The notes beneath the pieces are model-generated. The model was not told where the DNA came from, searched no databases, and was given only the letters and a program-made list of their open reading frames with translations. From the NCBI RefSeq assembly GCF_036321535.1, contig NC_087437.1:40860001-40924000 (forward strand): a DNA stretch of 64,000 nucleotides, given 5' to 3'. The DNA is from Camelus dromedarius (lineage: Eukaryota). Both the position numbers and the translations under genes were made by a program. Below, one piece after another: positions 11,871 to 25,135 of the stretch. How positions within the stretch are numbered: the stretch's first letter is position 1; the number at the start of each line of letters is the position of its first letter.

Positions 11871-13984
11871 GTAATATAAAACAGCAAGCAGCTGACTGAC
11901 GTGAGATGTAGAGTCATAGGAACTAAAAAGAAAGCTTTGAGAACAAATCTGCCCTCCCTGTCTTGCAGATAAGAAAACCACAGCTCAGAAATCACACACC
12001 TGCTTAGCCAGAAAACTGAAACTAAGTTTCAGATTCCGGACTCTTTCTGTGACTGCCAGATTTGGTATTGGTTACTTAATTCATCATGAGATACAATTTA
12101 ATGTCCTTCCATGAAAATTAGACAGGGTCAAGTTTAGACTTGGGTTATCTGTGTGGCAACTGCTAAGCAAATTGCAGTTAGACCGAAGTTTTCCTCTTAG
12201 CCCAATGTAAAAAGAAAAATGTAATTTGAGACAATAACAAAAAAGGAGGATGGAGCTTGATAGGAGCAGAGCTACAAAGGAATTGAATACAATACAATTG
12301 AAGCTGAATTGCTATTAACGCAACCTAGATTGTTATATATTTAAGGTATTAATTGTAATCTGCTTTTCTGAGGTCATCCAAGTCATCCACGGGAGAAGCC
12401 AGTGAGTAAATTTCCTGGGCTGGAAGGATTTTGTCTAAATGTGTAAGAAAAAATTTATGCTTCAGTGGAAAACTATGCCTGCCTTGTCTAAAGCACACTT
12501 CTGGGTTGTCTGATTCTGATTCCACGGGAGCTATTTTAATCTGAAAACTGCAGATGACTGATAGCAATGCAAACCAATTCTTATTTATAAATATGCAAAT
12601 GAATTCTGTCCAGGAGAGGGATGACCCTTCCTCTCCTCCAAGAAAAGGGCAGTTTCGCCTCCATTTGCTCATTTATTTCAACATTCCTTTGCTCTGTATA
12701 AATTTGGTTCTAAATCTGTGCTTCCTTGACTTCTTCTTTAATCCATTTATAACGTCTGCCTGGTTCTCTCACTTAATTAATGAGTCAAATAGAATCTTTA
12801 CCATGTGTTCATTTTATAGCTCTAGGAGAGTCATGATTTTGCCTTTTTTTGAAAATTATCCTTTAATGAATGTCACATCTTTCCCAGCACATAAAAGAAT
12901 GCTCTGCTGAATTAAAATCGACCCTCTGCTCAGCATCCATTCAGCTCCACTCTGCTCTAAATCTTCACACTAAAACAAAAGTTCAATTAGGTTTTCACAG
13001 GGTTTGCTGCATTAAAGTCTGGGGGGTGAGGTGGGGGCGGTGATCGAAGTGGAAATAGAGATTCTGACAGCAAAAGAAAATAGACTGAGGAAGACATGGA
13101 TGAGCACACAGATTTCTTAACCACTTAGTAGAGGATCTGAGAAATTAGGCTGAGATGGGAGGTGGTGGAGAATAGGATAAATAATGGCTCAAAGCAATTG
13201 CCTCTGAGTTCCGCCCAAATCATCACTTATCCCTCTAATGAGCGGTTTTCCTCAACCCCCACACTCCACAGCAACTCCTAAAGTGGGTTATTAGCAAGTG
13301 TTTTGGACTCCATTCATCTCAGGAACATTTTAGTCAGCACAGAGCCTGGGCTCTACCCCTCCTTGGAAACAGCCATGGAGGACCTCCTGAACTCAGGGCA
13401 AGTTCTCAGGAAGAGAACAGAAAAGTGGAGAGCTCTCTGTCCTCCTGTGTTCCCTCTGCAGCCTGGATCCCCACAAGCTTTCTATGCATGTTGGGGCAAA
13501 GAGGGGGAGGCAAGGGGACGTGCAGGACATACTCCCCAAGCTAAACCCAGAACCACCCTCCCTGCCTTGCTCGGAGGATTCGAGCTGCTTCCACATGGCC
13601 TCTGCTATTAAAGTTTGCCTGTTGTGTTTGTCCCTGCCAGGTCACTCTGTGCTCCCAGCTTCTCCATGGCCTTGCTGGATGTCTGTTGCCATAGCTACTA
13701 CTTTTCCTAACGATGCCTCCACCGTCAGCATCATTATCTGTTTGGCTGCTTGCTGGAGGGTACTGCTGCTCATTCCTTCCAGACTGTAGAGTTTTCATTG
13801 ACTCCAGAGGATGCCCTGTAACTCCTCACCATCCTTTCTGATGAGGAGTGTGGGTAAAGCTTCTGGGGGCTTTACCGTCCTTTACCCTAACTTACTTTTG
13901 CTATTCCGTCCCCTGTGGCCACATCAGTACTCTAGATCCTCATCTTCTCTTTTCTGGGACATGCAACAGTCTCCTAAGCATTGG

Positions 13985-14450
13985 ATTTTGTTGAGGGAAA
14001 CAAGCCCCAAAGTTCTAGCGGCTTAACACAAGACAAATGTATTTCTTGTTACTAGGTTGACAGGGAGCTCTCCCTGACACAATCTTCCAGAAACACTGAG
14101 TGATGAAGACTCATTGCTGCCTAATATGTGGCCTCCAAGGGTTCTGGACCTTGAGGGGAGTGGGGGAAGGTAATGGAGAAACCTCCCTATCAGAGTCAAG
14201 CTAAACTTTGCCTTTCCCTTTATGGAGGGCACTGACACTCCAGTCAGAAAGGGGAACGAGAATGAACAAACATGCGTGGGAGTCCCTTCTGGGCCAAGCC
14301 TGGGAATGGTTCATATCCTGTCTGCTCATTCTGTCAAAAGAAACCCAGTCATGTGGCCACACCTGTCTGCAAGGGAGTCTGGGAAATGTAGACTAAGCTT
14401 GTGTCCAGAGAAGGAAGAGTGAGTTTAGGGGATCAAGGGTGGTCTCCACC
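13985..14450 (-). mobile_element. Old MaLR LTR (MLT1J/K-like)
   Basis: AACAAGCCCCAAAGTTCTAGCGGCTTAACAC...CAGTCATGTGGCCACACCTGTCTGCAAGGGAGTCTGGGAAATGTAG. Confidence 0.7.
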
Positions 14451-14984
14451 GTAGGGCTCCCACCTCCCATCTTGTTCCCTTCCAGTCCTTTGTACCAGCT
14501 CCTCTTCAGAGGCTGAACATGGAGAGCCTCCCAGCCAGTGGGTAACAGAGCCAGCACCAACCCGGGTTTGGCTGATTCCAGACTCCATGTGCTTCCCCAC
14601 ATCTCCCGTCTCCTATAGTAGCTTTCCGCATCCCATCTTCACCTCTCCATTGTGTTCTCCTCTTTAAATCTCATCACGTTCTCCCGACTGGGGCGGAGTC
14701 TTGGGAAGGGGAATAATCCATTTGTGTGTTATTTTTTTTTAACCCAACGTGAGCCTGAGTGTTAGTGTGAAAATTGTTTTCTTTCCCACATCGTCTCAGC
14801 TGCCCCGCTTCGCCTCCTCCGCTGTGTTCTCAGCTTTACGAATCCCCAAGCTGCCATCGATGGCATGAGGCAAAGTTTAGCTCTGCTCCAACAGAAAGGT
14901 CTCCCCATCACTGCCTCCGCCCTGAGGGCCAGGCCTCCCCTCCTGCCGCACTGCTTGTCTTCTAGTCTCTCCTTTTTCCCGACC

Positions 14985-15106
14985 TCTAGTCTGTTGGTCA
15001 TAGCAAGTCACAAAGCCAGTCCAGAGTTCACGTGGGAGGGGAAGTAGGTTCCACCTCTTAGCAGGAGCACCGGCAAAGAAATTGTGGCCAGCCTTGACTA
15101 TCCACA
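14985..15106 (-). mobile_element. MaLR LTR fragment (MLT1H/I-like)
   Basis: TTGGTCATAGCAAGTCACAAAGCCAGTCCAGA...TTCCACCTCTT...CCACA. Confidence 0.55.
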
Positions 15107-15139
15107 AATACAGTACAAATGAATGATAGTGAGAACGAG

Positions 15140-15365
15140 CGTCTGCACAGGGCTTAGGAATTGTGATAGTTTTTACAAACATTGTCTCCTTTGAAAACAT
15201 TGGACTTAAAAAAAAAGTTAGACTTTATTTTTACTCCCATTTTTCCAAATGAGGAAAAAAAAAAAAAGAACCCATGGCGTAGTGGAGTTAAGTGACTTGC
15301 CCAATATCGCTTGTCTAGGAAGTGACCAAGCAGGGGCTTATGTTAGGTCTCCTGTCTGTCTGATT
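15140..15365 (-). mobile_element. MIR SINE
   Basis: CCCATTTTTCCAAATGAGGAAA...GTTAAGTGACTTGCCCAA. Confidence 0.65.
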
Positions 15366-16716
15366 TCCTGCTTTTCCTTCTCCTTCTCACTGCTTAGTTC
15401 TCGCCCTAAGGAAACATGGAAAGGATTCCTTTGATTTTCCACTCACATTTATTTTGGCAACCCCCAAAACAAAACAGCTAGAGACATTGAAGAGCTATGA
15501 AAAACAGACTGAGGGAAAAGATGAACTAAGACATACATTTATGACCCTAAATTGTGACTTCTAGGCTTTACTAAAACTGTGTTGAATAAGTTAAAGTAAG
15601 AGGCAGAGCCCTAAGAAAGCTATTAACTACTTTATGGTATGAAAATGGTTTTCACTTCTCAAAGAAGTGATTACAGACATTTCAAGGGTGGATCTGGGTG
15701 AGGTTTCCTTTGAGCCAGTGACTGGCAATGTTAGGTCCCACTGTACACATCTCAGTATGTTATTCTGAAATAGCATCTTAGTGCCCGATGGGGCCATGCC
15801 AGCCACTTTAGCTGATGGTGAGAAAAGAAGGAAGAAATAAAGGAGGAGGGACAGGAAGGAGGCAGGAAGACATGGTGGAGCTGCTTAGAGAAGCCCAGGT
15901 CTCATCTAGCTACCCGAGCACTCTGCCATCCCCAGCCACGGTGCGGGCAGAGCTCTGTGAAGTGCTGCGCGGGACATGCTGGGGCAGATTGCTCTGCAGA
16001 AGAGGACCCAGTGGAGAGGCAAGTGGGAGCTGAAGTCCAGCCTGCACTCTACTTTGCAACCAGGCACTGCAAACAGACTGTGCCTACTCAAGGGGTGGGG
16101 GGAGCGGGAGGGAGAGTTTCCTGCTTTTGTTTCTTTCCTCTTGTCAGGTACATGGAGGAGGTGCCTTTTTCTGATTGGTCACAAAGGCACCTTATGCCCC
16201 AGCAGCAGATGAGCTGCTTACTGCAAAGTAGGCTTCACTTTCATAAATTAAACAGCCACACTCTGGCGCTGCCCTTTCAAAAACCTGTCCTCCCTGACCT
16301 CGACTCTCGTGCGGATCACACAGTCAGTGGCCTCGCAGCACGGAAACCTGACCAGACTTGTGTGGGGTTTTTCCACTGGCTGTTGGACAGGTCACGCAGC
16401 CCCTCTTCCTCCTGTTCCTGTCTGAAATGAGGGAGCTGGACCAGGTGACCTTAGTGTCCCTTCCTGGGTATAACATGCCATGGCTCATAATTCTGTGAAT
16501 GACAGTAAGTCGGGGAGTGGGCCAGACTGGAAAGGCCAGTCTGGGCTTCTCTCTGGGTAACTTCCCTTTTTATGTTCTTCTGTCTGAACATACTGTGGGC
16601 CCTACCTAACACCTGTCATCAGAGAAAAAAGATTTCACCTTGAGATAAGATAAAGACTAGTAAATACAAGCAAACAGCAGGTCTCGTCCTCTCCCTCAGT
16701 GCACTTTCTCATCTAA

Positions 16717-16789
16717 ACACACACATGTACATGTGTGTGCAAACACATGTGCATGCATGCGCACACACAGATGTACACACATACACACG
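16717..16789. repeat. Imperfect CA/TG alternating purine-pyrimidine tract
   Basis: ACACACACATGTACATGTGTGTGC...ACACACATACACACG. Confidence 0.7.
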
Positions 16790-17549
16790 CTGAGCTGAGG
16801 ACAGAGCTTTCCTCATTTTTAAAGCGTAAACAATATGATACAGTTTCCTAGATGTAATCATTTAAATGCACTCCAAATGTATTTTTCTAAAACCCAGAAG
16901 CAACTAAAGTGCAGAGAATCCCTGCCCGGGGCATTTCTATTTACATGTCTCCATATACAATTTTTAAAGGAAACAGTTCATATTAATAAAGGAGTTGATT
17001 TATCTTCCCAGCTCTCTCCTCACAGTAAGTGCTACCAAAAACCTCATAAATCATTCCACACCGCCCAGACTCGCCTTTGCAACACAAAGGGAGCCCTACT
17101 CCATTTTGAAGCTTTCTGTTTATCTCCCTACACTTAATACATTTCCATTATTTATATTTTTCCTTAAAGCAAATGATTCCCCAGTGGCCCGAGGCAGGCA
17201 GATGGATGCTTTATTCTTTGTGCCAATAGATTGTAAGGGGTGGGAGAGAGAAGCGTGGAGGTGGAGAGGGTGGGTGGAGAAAACCAGACTTGTTGGATTA
17301 TGAAATGCATGGAAATGAGGGAGAGGGGAATTTGGGGGCAGGGAGAATAAAGGAACCGATCGATACTGATTTGACACTTATCTAGCAAACCACCTGCGCC
17401 TCTGTCTGCTAGAACGTCCACCTGGACATCCCACAGGCACCTTGATCATCAGTTAGTCCTCAAGTGAACTTATTTCCCCTTGCTGCACGGACACGCCCTG
17501 CCTGTCCCCCACACAGTAAACAGCACCCCCATCCATCCAGGGATTGCCT

Positions 17550-17645
17550 GTGTTACCTCATTCAATCCTCACATCCATCCATGAAATAGAAATGATCACT
17601 CCTAGAAAACAAATGAGGAAACTGCGGCTCAGGAAGGCTAAAAAG
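17550..17645 (-). mobile_element. MIR fragment
   Basis: CTCATTCAATCCTCAC...AAATGAGGAAACTGCGGCTCAG. Confidence 0.65.
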
Positions 17646-17960
17646 TGTGACAGTCTACTAGGGCTTCTGTAACAACACCCCATGGACTGGGTGACTTACA
17701 CAGTAGGACTTTATTTTCTCACGGTTCTGGAGGCTGGAAATCTTAACACCAACGTGCCAGCAGTGTTGGTTTCTCCTGAGGCCTCCCTCCTTGGCTCACA
17801 GACAGCTGCCTGCTCTCGGTGTCCCACACGGCCTTTTTCTCGGTGCACCTGAATCCCTGGTGTCTTCTCCTCTGCTTGTAGGGACACCAGTCCTTTTGGA
17901 TCTGAGTCCACCCACATGACCTCATTTGACCTTAATTACTTCTCTAAAACTCTATCTCCA
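17646..17960 (-). mobile_element. MaLR LTR (MLT1A/B-like), truncated
   Basis: CTCACGGTTCTGGAGGCTGGAAATC...ATGACCTCATTTGACCTTAATTAC. Confidence 0.8.
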
Positions 17961-18289
17961 GGGATTCGGAGGCATAGATGATATAAAACTGAACAAAAAT
18001 AAACCAGGTCTTGGCACATTTACAGTCCAGTACTTACTCAAAGTATTAAATTTACAAATAAATGAAAAAGGTATAATCAAGTACCACAAATGACCACTGT
18101 GGTGAGTGTGTGGAGCCGAAGCAGAGGCTGGCTGTGCACAGGAGTGCAGCAGCGGGGCAAAGCTGGTCCAGGGGGCTGTATGGATGCTGTGGTGCCTCCT
18201 GGCTCCCCCTGTGGGACAGATGACTCACTCTCCCGCTACCGGTGTGGGTGTTGCAGGCTCTCTGTTGAGTCCCTCTGCAGAAATTGCCT

Positions 18290-18605
18290 TCAGTCAAAGA
18301 AAGTCTCCTCACCCAAAGTGCCCCCTCCCACGTCCAGGGACTGATCCCTGTTGGGAGGAGGGGGCATAAAGATCGGGCCTCCCCCTTACCTCCTTATGCT
18401 CAAGATGGGCAACTCCAAAGGGCCATCCCAGCTCTAGGGTAACCTTGGAACCAGCTCAGTTCTGGACTGCAAACACATTGCAGTTCAGCTCCTCCCTCTG
18501 CCCAGTCTCCTGTCATTCCCTACACGTGCTGATCCCGAAGACACTCCCAATGGACTTGCTTAATGCAAATCTTCATTTCAGATTCTGTCTTCCTGAAAAA
18601 ACAGA
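18290..18605 (+). mobile_element. ERVL LTR fragment (LTR16/LTR33-like)
   Basis: 3' end TTCAGCTCCTCCCTCTGCCCAGTC...TGCAAATCTTCATTTCAGATTCTGTCTTCCTG resembles LTR16/33 U5. Confidence 0.5.
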
Positions 18606-18606
18606 A

Positions 18607-18996
18607 TTTGTTTGCAAGGGCTGCCGTAACAAACGACCCTGGGCCAAATGGCTGAAACAGCAGAAGTGCACTGCCTCGCAGGTACAGAGGCTAGAAGTCT
18701 GAGATCAGCGTCAGCAGGGCTGGTTTCTTCTGAGGGCCAAGGGCCTCTCTCCTCCACTTGTAGATAGTTTATCTTCTCCTGTGGTTTTCCATCTTGTCTT
18801 CTTTCTGTGTGTCTCTGTCCAAATTTCCCCCTTGGATAAGGGCACCAGTGATTCTGGATTAGGGCCCAACCTAAGGACCTCATTTTAACTTGACTTTTGT
18901 AAAGAACTTATCTCTAAATAAGGTCACATTCTGAGGCACTGGGAGGTTAGGACTTAAACATATGAGTTTGGGGACCACAATTCAACCCAAATACCA
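18607..18996 (-). mobile_element. MaLR LTR (MLT1B/C-like)
   Basis: GGGCTGCCGTAACAAA...GAGGCTAGAAGTCTGAGATC...AAATAAGGTCACATTCTGAGG...CACAATTCAACCC. Confidence 0.85.
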
Positions 18997-20734
18997 CTTA
19001 ACACAAAGGTTTTTCTGGGAGGCAGCCTTTGAGGAATGGCTCTGACTAGATGAAAACTAGAGCAGTGGGCAGGGATGGTGAGAGACCCCCCCGGGAGAGC
19101 GGAAATTCTACACTTCGGCTGAAAGTGGGATGGAGTAAGGACACAGCCAAGGACAGGAACTTGAGGGGGCCAGGAAGGGTCCTGACCATTTGTGCACAAG
19201 ACATTCACAGCGCAGCCCAGCTGGGCTGAATGCCAGGATGATACCCAACGGTATCCTGGCATTTGCCAAGCAGAGGTGCTGTTCCCTGCAGAAGGTGGAT
19301 TTGTTTCTGGGTGCATCATGATTGAGGGGAGAGCTGAGTTTGGCTGGGTCAGAAGTTAGCCTTAGGCTGAAGCCAAAATATACCAAAGGGATTTTTGAGC
19401 TCTGAAAATAAGCAGAGCGAGGCAGGGATGAGGCTTAGCCATGAGGAGACTGAGTGGAGAGCAGTACTCAGAGGAGAAGCTGAACAAAACAGGACAATTT
19501 GTAACTATGGCTGAGAACACCGAGGTCCCCTACCCACCCCAGCCCTGGCGGCATGAACGGAGGAGAGGAAGGAGGGGACAGATAATGCCGTGTTTCCCCT
19601 CCTTCACAGTCTTGCCTTCTCCTGGTCCCCACAGAAAGGTGTTCTGACTATAAAATAGGGGCTTTTAACCATTAGGTAATATGGAATAAACTGTCAGAAG
19701 AGGCCGGACCAAAACTACTCGAATAAGAACATCACTAAGTGAGGGGCTGGGTCTTAGCTTCATTTTATTCTGAGCCTTTGGCACATGACACACGTCCGGC
19801 ACATGGTAGGCCTATGAGGAATACTCGTGTGTTTGTCCCTCTGGTTATCTAAGAGGGCATCCCAAGGACACCATGAGTTTCCAGGTAAATCCTGTGAGTC
19901 TGCTCCCAGCCTGGGAAAGCTGCCTCTGGAAAGGGGGAGATTATCGCAGTTCACTCCGTTTTCAAATCTTGTTAATGCTGATTTTGTTCCTGATGTATTA
20001 TTACTACCTGAGGCTATTTACTAAGGAAACTGAGACTAAACAATGCACAGATCTTGGAATTTAATAGCTCTTCTCCAAGGAGGAAATCAAATTCTTTCTA
20101 AAAAAATATCTAAAATACATGGCTTAATTATACAAAGAGGGCATACTACCCAGAAAGATGTGGATATTTTTAGAGCGTGTGTTTTGAATCTTTTATTTTT
20201 GGTCCTATCTTCCTGGCTAAGCCACATATTAAACTTTCCCTATTTTCTGCCTTTAAACCTTAAGCTTCTTGTGTCTTTGAGCAGGTTTCCTTAGAAGCTT
20301 ACCCAGAATGCAAATCTTCCCATCATTAAACTGCTATACTATTTATCAAATCTATGGTTTGCTGGGTTTTGTATTGAGTGGTACTGTAATATCAAGACAT
20401 TGTCACGCAAGCTGTATTATTCACTCCCAAAGTGGCAGTTCTGAGTAACTGAATTAGAAATAAATAGCTGGCGGCCTGTAGAGTGATTTTTGGTTTTGCC
20501 TATCCTTTGAAAGGTGGCTTTAGACAACTGTGGCAGGAAATAGAGGTGAGGCCTGGAGTTCTCCCAGGGGAGAAAAAGTCTAATGGAAGTAGGAGTTGCT
20601 GAGAGCTCAGAGAAAGCGGCAGAGATGAGTGAAAGACACATTTAACACAAGTCATCAAAGGTGCAGGTGGCAATACGTGGAATCGATCAACCAGAACTGA
20701 GAACATGGTTCAAGGAAGAGGCATGCTGGCTAAT

Positions 20735-21485
20735 TTTTCACTGAATTTTAGATATGGACAATTTTACCTTGTTGAGTGCTGGATACTTTTTGGATTCCTG
20801 TAAGCATTCAGGAGATTTGTTCTGGTTCATAGTTAATTCCCACAGACACAGTGTGATCCTTCTGGGTCTTGATTTTAAGGTATTGTAGATGGGACCAGAG
20901 CAGCATTTATTCTAGAGCTAATTTTGTTCCTCTCTGGAGGCAAAGATCTTTTTGGTACTCTAATATGGAGTATGAGGTTTTCCATGCTGGCTGGTGGGAT
21001 CCGAAACTATTGGCTGCTCTGTGTGAGTCCCAGCTATGTTCTCCACAATCATTTTGGTTGGTTCATTTACTAGCCCCTCCTAGTTTCACGTGCCAGTCAG
21101 CCTGAAGCTGAAGACAGTGGGGGCCTTCTGTAGATGTCCGAGGTTCTCTGTGTGTACAGCTTTCTCCTCTCGGCCACTCTTCCCTAGAACCCCAGCTGCC
21201 TTGGCCACCCCAGACTTCCCCCTTCATCGCTTCACACAGCGGGGCCACCGGGCCCACCTGCACTCCCCTGGACAGGGCCGCAGCCTGGACATCCTCTGCA
21301 GGCAGGAACTGGGGCAACCAGAGCACTCGCTGTCTGTCATTGCTGGTGTCCTGTCCGTTGTCCTGGTGGTTTCTTACACTCTGTCTAGGTTTTTTTTTTT
21401 TTTTAGTTTATTTTTATTTTATTTTTTTCAGATGAGGGGGTGACATCTGTCCTTTTTACTCCACCTTTGGCTGGAGTGGACATTC
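20735..21485 (-). mobile_element. Ancient L1 (L1MC/L1ME-type) 5' UTR segment
   Basis: TTTTACCTTGTTGAGTGCTGGATA...TGATCCTTCTGGGTCTTG..., ending TTACTCCACCTTTGGCTGGAGTGGAC, the antisense of a YY1-like old-L1 5' start. Confidence 0.6.
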
Positions 21486-22599
21486 ACTTGCTTTTATGAG
21501 CAAGTCCAGAGTCAGCTTAGATCATCGTGTCTTGATAAAACATCTTTATTCACAGCCAATTTCACTTTCTTGACACTGCCTCATCTTTCGGTTTCATTAA
21601 TAATGGACAAAAAATAATCCACAGGATCTCTGCTGATTCTCCTTTCTGTTTATTGTGATATCCTTCCTGAAAAGACCAGGGCTAGGCAGTAGTGTTTAAG
21701 TAATAAACCAGAGATTGAAGTGTCTTTAGTTAGACATCTCTTGCTTTCATTAGTCCCTCTGCCACTGTCTCTATCAGCAAAATAGCAAAGATGAGAGATA
21801 TGTGTTAAAAAAGACATTTTCAATTTATACTATGCCTCTGTTACAAGGAGGGTGCATTTTCTTGTAATTCAAAAAACAACAAAATACACAATAAATAATA
21901 TCTGACCCACAAGGCCATCATAAGTATGAACTGAAATAATATGCATGCTCAATAAAGTAGTTATAATTGGGCCCATCATTCCACTGTTCCAAGTACAGAG
22001 CAGTCATTCTCTAAACAGCCAGTTCAGTTTCACAGATAATAAAAGTGTGTCTTCCATAAAAGGTCCAGTTTGCATTCTTTACCTTCTTCAATGCCCTGGG
22101 AGTATTCCTAAGGACCCAGTGAGGTTCTGCAAGAACTGTTTGGAATTCCTTAAATGCATATGGATGTTGCTGTGCAGATTTCCACTGAATGATCTTTGAT
22201 TAGGCAAATCTCAAAAATGCTGGTGAAGGGAGACTTTAGGTTAACTTTAAAGTGGGTAGGGGCTTGATTCGTGAGAGTAACTAGTTGAGGAGAAATGAGG
22301 GACGGAGGCTCTACAGCCTACTTAGAAAGGAAAAAATATCAACTTGGTGATGAATATTTACTGCATGCAATTAATCTTGAACTAGTTGTCGCCTCTCATT
22401 CTTTGAATTCCTGGGTCATACCCCACTCAGTTTTCTTCCCCATCTCAACTCCTGTCATAATATTTGAACAGGTATTACAAATGTACGGCTCTTCCCTCCT
22501 TCTACAGGCAAACATTGCTAATTTACCATGGTACTCTTTCTATCTGACCCTTAAAATGGGCTCAGAATTCTCAACACAACAGTCCCAGCAACCAGAATA

Positions 22600-24060
22600 T
22601 TCCATCATTGTTGGCATAAAGTCGGAAACCTCGTTACCATCTGATGAAGCTTTCAACATTCATTTAAGAGATTCATCCAACAACGTAGCCCTGCGATTCC
22701 TGGACCTCCTTATTTTAGTGACCTCTTCTCCACTTCAGGCACCCACTCCCACCCCAGAAACTGTCATCAGTTGCAACAGATGTCTTAATAACCTTCCAAG
22801 TGACAACAGTCTTCAGCCTTTTCAATGCTCTCATGATTCCATGTCTGCCCTTGTTCTTTGATCATGGCACCTCCATTTATTCCAGAAGTTCCTTTCCTGG
22901 CTTTTCTTGCCAACACTGGATCCCATGGTGAGAGCCTAAACCAGTCTTCGCCAGCATCTTCTAATTCCTTGCCACCACCCATTCCCCCGTCTCTTGCTAT
23001 ACTCATCCAGCAAAATACGGTACCTCTCTAGTGCTGCAGTTCTTTTTCCTTCTCCGAGCAGCCGAGCGCTGGTGCAGACAGTCCTGCCATCACACAGATT
23101 CATGCACCAGCAGACTCATGGCTTCGACCCTCAGCCAGGCTCTCAGTGTTGCCCCTGACTTTGATCAGCTCCTTCGTCTATTGCTCTCAGTGGCTCTTTC
23201 AAATTCTCTCCTTCCTCTTTAAGGCTTTCTCAATCCCTCCATTCCCAGAAAACAACCTTGTCTGTTCCATTACTGAGAAAAACAAGGCAACAGTATTTTT
23301 CTGACCCCTTCCGTTTTCTGAAGTTTCCCTGCCGATATATATATAGTAATGCCTGCCCTTACCATCAATATGATAAATGGCACTGCCACATTTACTGCTA
23401 TTATTCTCAAATTACTGTTCTTGCCAGAGAATCCCCAAAGCCTTGATGATTGAGTCTGCCCAAATTCTTCCTACCAACTTCAGCTGGACCTGGATGGCTA
23501 TCCACAATGCTGGGATCTGCTTGGGGCAGGTTTACCTCTTTCGGGTCCCCGAGGCTACTTTAGCACCCTCTTCTGGGAGAAGGGGGACCCTCTGATTCTC
23601 AGCTGATTCTCTCAGATCCTCTCCTTTCCATTCTAGAGCTCTTCCTTTATGCCCATCACTGAGGAAGTAAGCCCCTCCCTGTGACAGCCCATCCTGCGGT
23701 TTATAGCCCTGGACCTCATCCATCAATTATCTTCTCTATTACCTGCATTTTTCAGTCTCTCCTTGTTGTATCCTTATTGAAGTCTCTCACAGCCTTAAAA
23801 ATAAAATAGAATAAAAATTTAAACTTCCTATCCAGTGAAGCTACTTCTTCATCATTCTCCTTCCTTTCATCAGAAAACTTTATGCAGGTCTTTACTATTA
23901 GCTTCCATTTCCTTAAAATCTATCTTTCCTAACCCCCTAAAAATGTGGCTGCTGCCCCCACATTTTTTCTTAAACTTCTTTCTTGAAGGTTAACAGTAAG
24001 TAACCTACAAAGACCAGAGTCTCTCTCTGCTATTTTCCACCTAAAACCCACACTAAAAAT
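22600..24060 (+). mobile_element. L2 LINE remnant including endonuclease-region coding relic
   Basis: Translation AFNIHLRDSSNNVALRFLDLL resembles L2 ORF2 GDFNIHVDDPSNTLASQFLDLL; C/T-rich body. Confidence 0.7.
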
Positions 24061-24089
24061 CTGTAATTTTTTATTTTCCTCTTTTCAAA

Positions 24090-25135
24090 AAAGCTTTTTT
24101 TTTTACTCTGAAATAACATATGCATACAAAAATGTGCACACCACATAAATATAGAACTTGATGGATTGCTGCCATGTAACCACTGCCCAGGATAAGAAAT
24201 TAAACACTGCCAGGATCCCAGGAGTGGGCTGTGACCCTCCCACTCCCTATCCCACCCTCCTAAAGGCAACCACTGTCTTGACTTTTATGTCAAGTACTTA
24301 CTTGATTTTCTTTATACTTTTACCACTAGGGTGCCTCCCTTAAGAGTTAGTTTTGCCTGTTTTTGAACTTCACATAAATGGAACCACACAGTATATATGT
24401 TTTTGGATCTGGCTTCTTTCACTCAACATAATATTTGTAAGATTTATCTGTTTTCTTGTACTTAGCTATAGTTTATTTGTTTTTATTGCTCTTATAGTGT
24501 TCCACACTATATACCACAATTTATTTATCCACTCTACTGTTGATGGCCATTTGGGTTGTTTTCAGATGGCCGTAATACAACTAGCGCTGCTATGAACATT
24601 CTTGTATAAGTTCTCTGATGCGTGGGCACACATTTCTTTTGCAGATATGCCTCAGAGTGAAAGTCCTGAGTAATAGATTGCATGTATCTTATACTTCAGT
24701 AAACAATGCCAAACTGTTCTCCAAAGTGCTTGTTCTAATTTACACTCTCACCAGTAATATGTCAGCTTCCATAGCCCTAAATTCTCACCAACAGTTGGCA
24801 TAGTTTATTTGTTTTAGCTACAAAGGTCAAGGTGTACTTTTAATTTGCTCTCTCATAACTACTAATTGGGAAGTTTCACACATTGGACATTTGGATAAGT
24901 TTATTTTATGAAATACCGTTTCAAGTCTTTGCCTGTATTTCCCTGTGTTGCTTTTCATTTTCTTCTTTATTTGTAGTAGTTTTTTTATAGTCTCCATCAT
25001 ATCCAGCATTGTGTGTTGCCAACATCTTCTCTACTCTGTGCCTTGCATTTTCACTCTCTTAATGGTTAATATTGAAGGATAGAGTTTTTAATCAAAATTA
25101 AATTGCTTGATCTTTTCTTTAAGGCTAGTCTTTCG
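24090..25135 (-). mobile_element. Old L1 (L1ME-like) 3' region inserted in L2
   Basis: TTTTGCCTGTTTTTGAACTTCACATAAATGGAACC, TGGCTTCTTTCACTCAACATAA, GTTGATGGCCATTTGGGTTGTTTTCAG. Confidence 0.85.

Noticed and set aside
15957..16430. 157-aa ORF in GC-richer unique DNA
   Set aside because: No recognisable homology, non-ATG start and no supporting exon structure.
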